DNA from: Desulfosudaceae bacterium | GTDB taxonomy: Bacteria > Desulfobacterota > Desulfobacteria > Desulfobacterales > Desulfosudaceae | Assembly: GCA_963674745.2 (NCBI GenBank) | Contig: CAXXDV010000003.1 | Coordinates: 1,984,001 to 2,048,000, forward strand | Reading direction: 5' to 3' | DNA: 64,000 nucleotides | Shown: positions 12,077 through 20,340 of the stretch, piece after piece | Layout: the number at the start of each line of letters is the position of its first letter | Numbering within the stretch: position 1 is the first letter of the stretch | Notes under the pieces: generated by a model | The model's database searches: none | What the model was told of the DNA's origin: nothing | Seen by the model: only the letters and a program-made list of their open reading frames with translations | Position numbers and translations under genes: made by a program

Positions 12077-12742
12077 CTATTTTTTTCTTGCGATAAGGCT
12101 GGCCCAGCCATGGTTGTGCGGCCGCCCGTGTGAAAGATCCTCCTCGACCCCTTCATAGTAGTAGAGGCGTTTCAAATCTGAAAAACAGGCGCTCAACTCA
12201 TCGGGCTTAAAATAATGGGCCATACCGAATGACGTGTCACTGACGTCTTCCCGGGCACCTGGGGTTGTGACAGCCTGACATCCCGGATCCCGGGTGGTAA
12301 AAACATTTACATAAAGCAGGCCGCCCGGCTTTAATGTCTTCTTAATACCCTGTACAACACGGTTCCTGGCAGGGGTTTCCAGGTGATCGAGAATGGTTGC
12401 CGCAACAACCAGGTCATAAGCCGCTTCTTTGAACGTATATTCCGACAGATCACACAATAATGTGCTAATCGGCAGGTGATGCTGTCCGGCAATGGATTTG
12501 AGCTTATTAATACCTGAGGCTGAAAAGTCCACGGCCGTTACCAGGCATCCCCGCCTGGCCAAATAAACGGCGTATCGACCTTCTCCTGCCCCCAGGTCAA
12601 GGGCGTGATAACCCTTCAGGATCATCCGGTCGAAAAACGAATGAAACTCCGGACGGACATCCCATCCGTAATACATGTCGGTTCCATCATAGGCCAGGTC
12701 AAAGGAATGCGCCTTGGCATTTTTTTTAACGGGTGTATCCAT
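12077..12742 (-). CDS. Class I SAM-dependent methyltransferase (TehB-like)
   Basis: LDLGAGEGR, AVDFS, LKPGGLL. Confidence 0.85.
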   Translation of the reverse strand: MDTPVKKNAKAHSFDLAYDGTDMYYGWDVRPEFHSFFDRMILKGYHALDLGAGEGRYAVYLARRGCLVTAVDFSASGINKLKSIAGQHHLPISTLLCDLSEYTFKEAAYDLVVAATILDHLETPARNRVVQGIKKTLKPGGLLYVNVFTTRDPGCQAVTTPGAREDVSDTSFGMAHYFKPDELSACFSDLKRLYYYEGVEEDLSHGRPHNHGWASLIARKK

Positions 12743-12940
12743 ATGAAATGATTTTATCGCCGTCTGTTACCAGTTTGCGGATACGATCTTAACCGAATAT
12801 TTCATGTTATCCAGTATAAGTCAACCGGTGGCCAGAGGTATAACCTAATCCGAATAATGCTTAACCGGCCAAATTGACACCCTTTGCAGGCTCTGTTAAA
12901 CATGATTTATACAATAACCCCAACCTGACAAGGAGGAACG

Positions 12941-13675
12941 ATGAAGTACAGAATCCTGCTGATTATCGCTGCCGTTTTAATAGCCGGAGGCGTTGCCTGT
13001 GCCGAAGATGAAAAGGCGTGGCGTGGATCAGGAGAAGTGGGATTTCTGATGACCACCGGGAACTCGGAAACCGAGTCGGTTAACACTAAAGCGGGCCTGG
13101 AATACGAAAACGCCCACCTGTTGAGCGAGATTAACCTGGCAGCCCTTTACAGTTCTGAAGAAACGGAAACCGATGGAGAAACCGAGAAGACCACTTCCGC
13201 GGAAAAATATAACGCCGACGCCAAAATCGGCTATAAGTTCCGACCGGTTGATTATGTTTTTTTCAACGCCGCCTATGAAGACGACCGGTTCAGCGGATAT
13301 GATTACCGCAGCAACTATGCCGCCGGCTACGGACGAAAGCTGGTCAACAACGATACCGTAAAGCTGAACATTGAAGTCGGCCCCGGTTACCGCTATGACA
13401 AGCTTGATAATGGCCAAACGGAAGATGAAACCGTATTCCGTGGATACCTCATGTTTCATTTTCAACTTTCCAAACAGGCCGCTTTTCAGCAGGAGATTAC
13501 GCTTCTGGCCGGTCCGGACAACACCGGCACCAAATCCATAACCGCCTTAAAATCTCAGATCGCGGGCGCACTGTCCTTGAAAGCAACATACACGGTGGAC
13601 CACAATGCTCATGTTCCGGACGACAAAGCGCACACGGACACGGAAACCGCACTGACATTGGTTTATGATTTTTGA
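12941..13675 (+). CDS. Outer-membrane beta-barrel protein, DUF481/YdiY family
   Basis: AGGAGG RBS, signal peptide, GNSETES, YEDDRFSGYDYR, GPGYRY, C-terminal LVYDF. Confidence 0.85.
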   Translation: MKYRILLIIAAVLIAGGVACAEDEKAWRGSGEVGFLMTTGNSETESVNTKAGLEYENAHLLSEINLAALYSSEETETDGETEKTTSAEKYNADAKIGYKFRPVDYVFFNAAYEDDRFSGYDYRSNYAAGYGRKLVNNDTVKLNIEVGPGYRYDKLDNGQTEDETVFRGYLMFHFQLSKQAAFQQEITLLAGPDNTGTKSITALKSQIAGALSLKATYTVDHNAHVPDDKAHTDTETALTLVYDF

Positions 13676-13725
13676 TTTTTTTTGAGGATTCAAGGATTCA
13701 AGGGTTCAAGGGGTCCAGGGGCCAA

Positions 13726-13840
13726 GGTTCGGGGTTCAGGGTTCAGGGTTCAGGGTTCAGGGTTCAGGGTTCAGGGTTCAGGGTTCGGGGTTCAGGGTTC
13801 GGGGTTCGGGGTTCAGGGTTCAGGGTTCGGGGTTCGGGGG
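13726..13840 (+). repeat. Heptanucleotide tandem repeat (GGGTTCA/GGGTTCG), about 16 units
   Basis: Directly visible; preceded by related GGATTCAA/GGGTTCAA 8-mers from about 13686. Confidence 0.95.
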
Positions 13841-13842
13841 TT

Positions 13843-13984
13843 GTAGGGGCGACCCGCGGTCGCCCGATAAATGGGCAACCACAGGGGGGTGCCCCCTACG
13901 GGCCGAAGAAAGCGTTCATGAACAATGTAGGGGCAGGCCCCTGTGCCTGCCCGGTGAAGGGCAACCACGGGGGGTTGCCCCAAC
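13843..13984. repeat. Two GTAG-type REP doublets (REPIN-like)
   Basis: GTAGGGGCGACCCGCGGTCGCCC...GGGCAACCACAGGGGGGTGCCCCCTAC (13843-13899) and GTAGGGGCAGGCCCCTGTGCCTGCCC...GGGCAACCACGGGGGGTTGCCCCAAC (13927-13984). Confidence 0.8.
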
Positions 13985-14090
13985 GTTAGCAACAGAGCCG
14001 TCCTGATGGACTCGTGAATTATGCGGGCAAGACACTGAAACCGAATAGAATGTCCGGACTAAAGTACGACTGAAAGAGAGGTCTTTTTTG

Positions 14091-14885
14091 ATGAAATGGT
14101 CAGATGAAGCTGAAGAGGCCCTGAAAAAAGTGCCTTTTTTTGTCAGGAGCAAGGTCAGAAAAGCCATCGAAAAACAGGCAGCCGATCAGAATAAAAGCCG
14201 GGTAACCCTGGATGACGTCATGGCCGCCAAAAAACGGTTTCTCAACAAAATGGCCGAAGATGTACGGGGTTTTCAGGCGGACACCTGTTTCGGCCCGTCC
14301 GGATGCCCGCATCGGACAGTGGCATGCGGCAACCTCATGCAGCAGGTGGAAGATCGACTGGTCAGGGCCGACCTGCTCGGCTTTCTGAAACAGACTGTTG
14401 GTGAACAATTGAAATACCACCATGAATTCCGGGTGTCCGCGGCTGAATGCCCCAATGCCTGTTCCCAGCCCCAGATCAAGGACATCGGCATCATCGGTGC
14501 GGTTGTGCCTGAAATCACCGACCAGGCCTGTACCGGTTGTGAGTCATGCCTTGATGCCTGTCCGGATAACGCCATCACCATGGATCATGACCGGAATATT
14601 CCCGTTATCAGCACCGCTGACTGCCAGAAATGCGGGAGATGTATCACCGCCTGCCCCACCGGCACCATCATGGCCGGCGAAAAGGGTTTCCGGGTGCAGC
14701 TGGGCGGACGCCTGGGCCGGCATCCCCGGCTGGGACTGGAGCTTCCGGGTATCCTGACGGAAGACCAGGTACTGGAAGTACTGGACAATGCCCTGCGGTT
14801 CTATAAAAACCGGTCGCAAAAAGGTGAACGGTTTTCCCGCCTGCTAGAGGAAGAAGACCTGGAAACAGTTTTTCCCGAACGATGA
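14091..14885 (+). CDS. Sulfite-reductase-like 4Fe-4S protein with N-terminal PCP_red-like domain
   Basis: WSDEAEEALKKVPFFVRSKVRKAIE, CFGPSGC, ECPNACSQPQIKDIGIIG, two CxxCxxCxxxCP motifs, GGRLGRHP. Confidence 0.75.
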   Translation: MKWSDEAEEALKKVPFFVRSKVRKAIEKQAADQNKSRVTLDDVMAAKKRFLNKMAEDVRGFQADTCFGPSGCPHRTVACGNLMQQVEDRLVRADLLGFLKQTVGEQLKYHHEFRVSAAECPNACSQPQIKDIGIIGAVVPEITDQACTGCESCLDACPDNAITMDHDRNIPVISTADCQKCGRCITACPTGTIMAGEKGFRVQLGGRLGRHPRLGLELPGILTEDQVLEVLDNALRFYKNRSQKGERFSRLLEEEDLETVFPER

Positions 14886-14921
14886 TCATTCTTGTAAGCA
14901 GAATCAGGAAATCGATGCAGG

Positions 14922-15527
14922 CTACTCAGCGACCGGCTTATCTTCCTGTTTTAAGATGGTTGCCTTCTTGATGACAATGGGTTCTATCGGCACATTCTGG
15001 AACATACCCACGGTGCGGGTGGGCTTGCCGGCAATGGCGTCGACCACATCCATCCCGCTGACGACCCGGCCGAAAACACAATACCCCCACCCCGACATGC
15101 TCTTGTTGCGATGATTTAAAAAGGCGTTGTCCTTGAGATTAATAAAAAACTGGGCCGTGGCGGAATGGGGCGCAGAGGTTCGGGCCATGGCAATGGTACC
15201 CCGCTTATTGACCAGACCGTTGTCAGCCTCGTTGGTGATCGGCGACCGGGTCTGTTTCTGTTTCATATCCGGCGTAAATCCGCCCCCCTGATTCATAAAA
15301 CCGGGAATGACCCGGTGAAAAACAGTACCGTCATAAAAGCCCTCTTTTACGTATTGAATAAAATTAGCCGTCGTCAGCGGTGCCTTGGCCTGATCGAGTT
15401 CGATGGTAATTTCCCCCAGGCTGGTTTCCAGTGCAACCCTCGGATTCTGATCAGCAGCTGAAGCAAACGCAAAAAACAGAAAAAACAAAACCGTTAAAGC
15501 AAAAATAAAAGAATGTCGGTGACTCAT
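14922..15527 (-). CDS. Cyclophilin-type peptidyl-prolyl isomerase, exported
   Basis: [47 protein letters not shown]; signal peptide. Confidence 0.95.
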   Translation of the reverse strand: MSHRHSFIFALTVLFFLFFAFASAADQNPRVALETSLGEITIELDQAKAPLTTANFIQYVKEGFYDGTVFHRVIPGFMNQGGGFTPDMKQKQTRSPITNEADNGLVNKRGTIAMARTSAPHSATAQFFINLKDNAFLNHRNKSMSGWGYCVFGRVVSGMDVVDAIAGKPTRTVGMFQNVPIEPIVIKKATILKQEDKPVAE

Positions 15528-15739
15528 GGCGGCTCCTTGTTAAAACTTATTAAATTTTCTGGCTAACCCGATATTTCATTAAATATTCTGGCTATTTATA
15601 GGTACCGGATATAACATTTTCCATGGCGAATGTCAATCGCGCGGCCCAGAAAAAGCATTGACACCTTTTGCCTGTCCTGCTTAGATAGGCACTCTAAACA
15701 CTTGGACGTTTAACAACCTGAAAACAGTTAGTATTATTA

Positions 15740-17065
15740 ATGATTTCAATTTTAAAATATGACGGCCACCAGACCATACAAAAAGCCGTCAATCTGGTGA
15801 ACGGGTTTGAGCGTTTACGCACCGGCCACCGTGTCATGATCAAACCCAATGCGGTCGGCGCCGACCCCAACATGCCGTATTTCGGCATGATGACCACGGC
15901 CACCGTGGTGGAAGGTATCGTTCTGGCACTCCTGGATTTCGGCTGCGACCCGAAAAACATTACCATTGGAGACGGGGGCGCCGCCCGGCGGGAATTGGGG
16001 TTGAGCACCCGTGTCATTCTGGCCGCCATGGGCATGGCCCATATTGCCCGCAAGTACGGGGTGAAGGTGATGGATTTCAACCAGGCACCCACGACCCGTA
16101 TCAAATGCGGCGATCTTGATCTGGATATCGCAAAACCGGCGCTGGAGACGGACTTCCTCATCAATGTGCCGGTACCCAAGTATCATGACCAGACCCTGGT
16201 CACCTTAAGCCTGAAAAATCTGAAAGGCTGCCTGGCCCCGGATTCCAAGCGTCGTTGTCACACGGCCCGGCTGGAGGATCATATTGCCGCCTTTAACACG
16301 GAAATCCCCTGTCACCTGACCGTGATGGACGGCATATATTTTCTTCGCGGCGGCGGCCCCATGATCGATTCCGGAGAGCCCTGTCGAAAAGACATGATCA
16401 TGGCCGGGACGGACCGCATTGAAATGGATTCAGCGGCAGCCAGGATACTGGGTGTTGAACCCGAAAACGTGCGTCACCTGACCGCATATGCGCGCCTCAA
16501 AGAACGGGAGAGTGACATCGGGCGGGTTGAGTGGATCGGAGACAACCCTGAACACTTTCGTGAACCGCCTTTCGGCGGCACAATGGAAGTCTTCGGCCGG
16601 AACTTTCAGCGGGCTGATATAACCGGCATTCATCTCCAGCCGCCGGGCCAGACCTGGTGTACCGGCTGCAACATCAGCCTGCGGGCAGCGCTGTACATGC
16701 TCTGTAAAGACAATCCCGGTCAGGATTTTGGCGGCGTTGAGATCCTGTGCGGTAAGCAAACCCGGGCGGATGGCCACCATGAACGAACCATTCTGTTCGG
16801 TGACTGCCCGATCAAAACCAATGCCAAAAACAAAAAAATCAGAAACCGCCTGGAAATCCCGGGTTGTCCGCCATCGTTCATCAAGTCCTATCCGGCCATG
16901 ATGCGGTTTCTCCAACCAACCCTGAAAGCCTGGTGGCAGGTCACTAAAAACCTTGCCCTGGGGGGGCTGACCCATACCGGCCTGTATCGGATGCGATTTC
17001 CTTTTTTTGACGAAATGACCCGTTCCGCGGAGTTTGATCCGCTTGATTTTTATCGTAAATCCTAA
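15740..17065 (+). CDS. DUF362 domain Fe-S protein
   Basis: VMIKPN, LINVPVPKYH, VTLSLKNLKG, VMDGI, C-terminal WCTGC...LFGDC...IPGCPP. Confidence 0.8.
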   Translation: MISILKYDGHQTIQKAVNLVNGFERLRTGHRVMIKPNAVGADPNMPYFGMMTTATVVEGIVLALLDFGCDPKNITIGDGGAARRELGLSTRVILAAMGMAHIARKYGVKVMDFNQAPTTRIKCGDLDLDIAKPALETDFLINVPVPKYHDQTLVTLSLKNLKGCLAPDSKRRCHTARLEDHIAAFNTEIPCHLTVMDGIYFLRGGGPMIDSGEPCRKDMIMAGTDRIEMDSAAARILGVEPENVRHLTAYARLKERESDIGRVEWIGDNPEHFREPPFGGTMEVFGRNFQRADITGIHLQPPGQTWCTGCNISLRAALYMLCKDNPGQDFGGVEILCGKQTRADGHHERTILFGDCPIKTNAKNKKIRNRLEIPGCPPSFIKSYPAMMRFLQPTLKAWWQVTKNLALGGLTHTGLYRMRFPFFDEMTRSAEFDPLDFYRKS

Positions 17066-17101
17066 TAAATCAACAAAAACTGAATTTCGAAAGACATATT
17101 T

Positions 17102-18064
17102 ATGAAAAAATGGCTGCATAACAACCTGCGTTGCCCGGAGTGCCTTCCGGACGAGGTGCCCCTCACACTCGACAGCGATGACCAGGATCAGGATGAGATC
17201 ATCAACGGTCAGCTGATTTGCCCTGAATGCCGGCAGACATATCCTGTTGAAAACGGCGTGGCCATTGTCCTGCCCAGGCGGACAAAACCGCTCCTGTCAA
17301 ACGGAACCGGTTACAACTCCTGGGGCATGCTGTCCTCATACCTGTGGAGTCATTACGGTGAATTTTTCAATGATCCGGAAGCCACCGACGCCTACCGGCT
17401 ATGGTCGTCGTGTTTTATCGAATCCCAGGGATATGCCCTTGATATCGGCTGTGCGGTGGGCCGTTTGTCGTTTGAGTTGAGCAAAACCCACGCCCGCGTC
17501 ATCGGGATCGACACATCGCTTTCTTTTATTACAAAAGCAAGAACCCTGCTGCAGCAAAAACGACTTGAATTCGATCTGATAAAAGAAGGCCTGATTACAG
17601 AAAAACGTGCCTGTGACCTGGATCCGAACTGGAATTATGAAGGGATCGAGTTCATTGTGGCCGATGCCCTGGCCCTGCCATTTGCCCGCAACTTCTTTGC
17701 CACCGTGGCTTCGGTCAATGTTCTGGAAAAAGTTTCCCATCCCCGGCATCACCTGATCGATGTCGATCGGGTGTTGCGGGAACAAAGGGCCATGTTCGTA
17801 TTCGCCGATCCCTTTTCATGGGATGAAAACGTGTGCCCGCCGGAAATGTGGCTGGGTGGGACGGACAACGGAAAACATCCCGGCCGGGGGATGGATAACA
17901 TGACGGAATATTATCTGGGGAAGGACGGCCTTTTTGACCCGCCTTTTGAAATTCTGGATAAAGGGAAAGTCCTCTGGAAGATCAGAAAAACCGAGAATCT
18001 TTGGGAATACATCAATTCACAATATATTGTAGGCATCAGAAATAACCGGGAGAACAACGATTGA
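17102..18064 (+). CDS. SAM-dependent methyltransferase resembling the OvoA C-terminal (mercaptohistidine N-methyltransferase) domain, with N-terminal Trm112-like CxxC...CxxC domain
   Basis: LRCPEC...LICPECRQTYPVENGVAI, LSSYLWSHYG, ALDIGCAVGRLSFEL, GIDTSLSFI, KEG, DPFSWDE...WLGG, WKIRKT. Confidence 0.7.
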   Translation: MKKWLHNNLRCPECLPDEVPLTLDSDDQDQDEIINGQLICPECRQTYPVENGVAIVLPRRTKPLLSNGTGYNSWGMLSSYLWSHYGEFFNDPEATDAYRLWSSCFIESQGYALDIGCAVGRLSFELSKTHARVIGIDTSLSFITKARTLLQQKRLEFDLIKEGLITEKRACDLDPNWNYEGIEFIVADALALPFARNFFATVASVNVLEKVSHPRHHLIDVDRVLREQRAMFVFADPFSWDENVCPPEMWLGGTDNGKHPGRGMDNMTEYYLGKDGLFDPPFEILDKGKVLWKIRKTENLWEYINSQYIVGIRNNRENND

Positions 18065-20268
18065 AAACCAGACATGGCATTTGCGGTATCTGTTTCCACA
18101 GCCCTGGATGCGGTGCCATCGTTCATTTTGATGACGACGGCCGGATAGTGCGGCTGACGCCTGACCCGGAAGCGCCGGCAGGCAAAGTTCTGTGTCCTAT
18201 CGCGGACAGCGTTCAGGAAATCGTCTATTCGGACAAACGGCTCAAACAGCCGTTAAAACGGATCGGCGCCAAAGGTTCATATGACTTTGAACCCATCACC
18301 TGGGACGAAGCCTATGACATCATTGTGGACAGGTTAAACGACCTGAAAAAACGCCACGGGCCGGAGACGGTGGGATTCTACGCGGGGACAGGCTCATATG
18401 AACGGGCCTTCAAGGACGTGTTTCAATTAAAGGGGTCGGAAATATACCTGGCTTCCAGCATCCTGTTTCCGTTCGGCTCACCCAATACGTTCGGCGTTGG
18501 CGCCCCCTGTTACACCTCCCTGGGCGTCCTGGCACCCAAGCTGACCATGGGATGCCGGCACATCGACATGTTTTCAGATATCGACAATTCCGACCTTATC
18601 CTTGTCTGGGGGACGGACCCCTCCCGGTCCACGCCACCGGAAATGTTCCAGCGGATCCGGGTCGCCGCCGAAGAGGGCGCCGAGATCATTGTCATCGATC
18701 CCCGCAAAACCAAATCCGCCAACCTGCCGGGCAGCCGCTGGGTCCCCATCCGGCCGGGTTCTGACGGCGCACTGGCCCTGGGTTTGGCCCACGTGATGAT
18801 CAGGGACAATCTTTACGACAAAGCCTTTGTTGATGAATGGACCATCGGGTTTGATGCATTTGCAGAATATGTAAAGAATTTCACACCGGCGCATGTGTCA
18901 AAAATTACGGGGGTATCTGAAAACATCATAGCGGACCTGGCGGAAAACATCGCTGAAGCCGAAGGCGCCTCTTATGTCATGTATACCGGACTGGAATATA
19001 CCAAAAGCGGCGTTCAGAACATCCGGGCGGTCATGGTCCTGTGGGCATTGGCCGGTCAGCTGGACGTACCCGGAGGCCGCTGTTTTCTAGGGCAGGACAG
19101 AATGATCCCCTTGAACAGAAGCCGGCAGCTGGAAACGCCCGGGTTTGACCGGTCGATTGCCGGGGGCAAGTTTCCGGTCTATTCCCACTTCTGCGGCGGC
19201 GAGCCCCACGCCAATCTCCTGCCGCAGGCGATCGTTGAAGGCGATCCCTACAAAATCAGATCCTTGTTTGTTCTGGGCGCCTCCCTTATAACATCCTGGC
19301 CAACCCCCGAACGCTGGCGCAAAGCCCTGTCCGATCTGGAATTTTTGGTTTGCATTGATCTGCAGCTGACAGCCGACGCGGCTTATGCCGACATCGTGCT
19401 GCCCGCCGCGACCGCCTTTGAGCAGGAATCCTACTGCTATTATGGAAATGCCATCCGTTTCCGGGAAAGAATGATCGCCCCCGTGGAACAGGCCCGGCCC
19501 TGTTACGACATCCTGGCGGAACTGGCGCAACGACTGGGGTACGGCGATTTGTATCCGCAAAGCACAAAAGAACTGATGGACTATGTCCTGGGCGAATCCG
19601 GTTTTACCTTTGATGACATGATGAATGCGGACCGGTATGTGCTGCGGATGCCCGGCCGCCCCATGGAATATCAAAAATGGGAAAAGGGGTTGCTGCGAAA
19701 GGACGGTCAACCGGGATTCGACACCCCTTCGGGAAAATTCGAGATCGGTTCGACCACCCTTGAAGATTATGGATATGACGCTATTCCCCGGTATGAAGAA
19801 TCCGATGAGACACCGGCCAGCCGACCGGATCTGCTTGGCAAATATCCCTTAATCCTGGGTACCGGTCCCTTCAAGCCGGACATGAAATCCTGTTTCCGGG
19901 CCATACCGCGCTTCATAGAAAAATATCCCTGCCCGCTGATTGAGATCAACCCGGCCGACGCCGAAGAACGCGGTATCAATACCGGCGATCCCGTCAGCGT
20001 CAAAACCGTCCGTGGCGCCATTATCATGCAGGCCATGGTGACCGACACCATCATGCCCGGTTTTGTCTACGCCCAGGTGGGCGGCGGCGGGCCGCTCGGC
20101 CCGGAGGCCTGGCAACAGGCCAACGCGAATACGCTGACCGATCTGGATCAGTTTGATCCGATCTCCGGCTTTCCCGTCTATAAGACCCTGTTGTGCCAGG
20201 TCAAAAAAAAACGCCGTAAACGCAAGGGCATCGCCGTTCAAGACCCGTCCCTGGGATGCGTGGGCTGA
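18061..20268 (+). CDS. Mo/W-bisPGD oxidoreductase of the acetylene hydratase / metallopterin ergothioneine synthase (MES)-like group
   Basis: TTG start overlaps the upstream TGA. CGICFHSPGC...LCP Fe-S motif, RLKQPLKRIGAKGSYDFEPITWDEAY, FPFGSPNTFGVGAPCY, IRPGSDGALALG, ADIVLPA, TPSGKFE, DPISGFPVYK. No Tat signal seen. Confidence 0.8.
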   Translation: MKTRHGICGICFHSPGCGAIVHFDDDGRIVRLTPDPEAPAGKVLCPIADSVQEIVYSDKRLKQPLKRIGAKGSYDFEPITWDEAYDIIVDRLNDLKKRHGPETVGFYAGTGSYERAFKDVFQLKGSEIYLASSILFPFGSPNTFGVGAPCYTSLGVLAPKLTMGCRHIDMFSDIDNSDLILVWGTDPSRSTPPEMFQRIRVAAEEGAEIIVIDPRKTKSANLPGSRWVPIRPGSDGALALGLAHVMIRDNLYDKAFVDEWTIGFDAFAEYVKNFTPAHVSKITGVSENIIADLAENIAEAEGASYVMYTGLEYTKSGVQNIRAVMVLWALAGQLDVPGGRCFLGQDRMIPLNRSRQLETPGFDRSIAGGKFPVYSHFCGGEPHANLLPQAIVEGDPYKIRSLFVLGASLITSWPTPERWRKALSDLEFLVCIDLQLTADAAYADIVLPAATAFEQESYCYYGNAIRFRERMIAPVEQARPCYDILAELAQRLGYGDLYPQSTKELMDYVLGESGFTFDDMMNADRYVLRMPGRPMEYQKWEKGLLRKDGQPGFDTPSGKFEIGSTTLEDYGYDAIPRYEESDETPASRPDLLGKYPLILGTGPFKPDMKSCFRAIPRFIEKYPCPLIEINPADAEERGINTGDPVSVKTVRGAIIMQAMVTDTIMPGFVYAQVGGGGPLGPEAWQQANANTLTDLDQFDPISGFPVYKTLLCQVKKKRRKRKGIAVQDPSLGCVG

Positions 20269-20340
20269 TTCGGAACTGAATATTTCATCGGGAACTGAAA
20301 ACCGGAAAAACAACCGATTTGCCGATTTTCTTATTTAGGC

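Noticed and set aside
13686..13984. Possible CRISPR array
   Set aside because: The repeats are contiguous 7-mers or REP palindromes without unique spacers, and no cas genes are in the window.
13672..13989. 105-aa ORF with GSGFRVQ repeats
   Set aside because: It is the translation of the heptamer microsatellite and REP sequences; no protein-like features.
17102..18064. EgtD-type histidine trimethyltransferase (standard ergothioneine pathway)
   Set aside because: I see no EgtD motifs (such as PEYY or ELGSG); the motif series fits the OvoA C-terminal type instead.
18061..20268. Formate dehydrogenase, nitrate reductase or true acetylene hydratase
   Set aside because: It lacks the FDH/Nap active-site motifs, a Tat signal and partner subunits, and has Phe rather than the acetylene hydratase catalytic Asp after the second Fe-S Cys.
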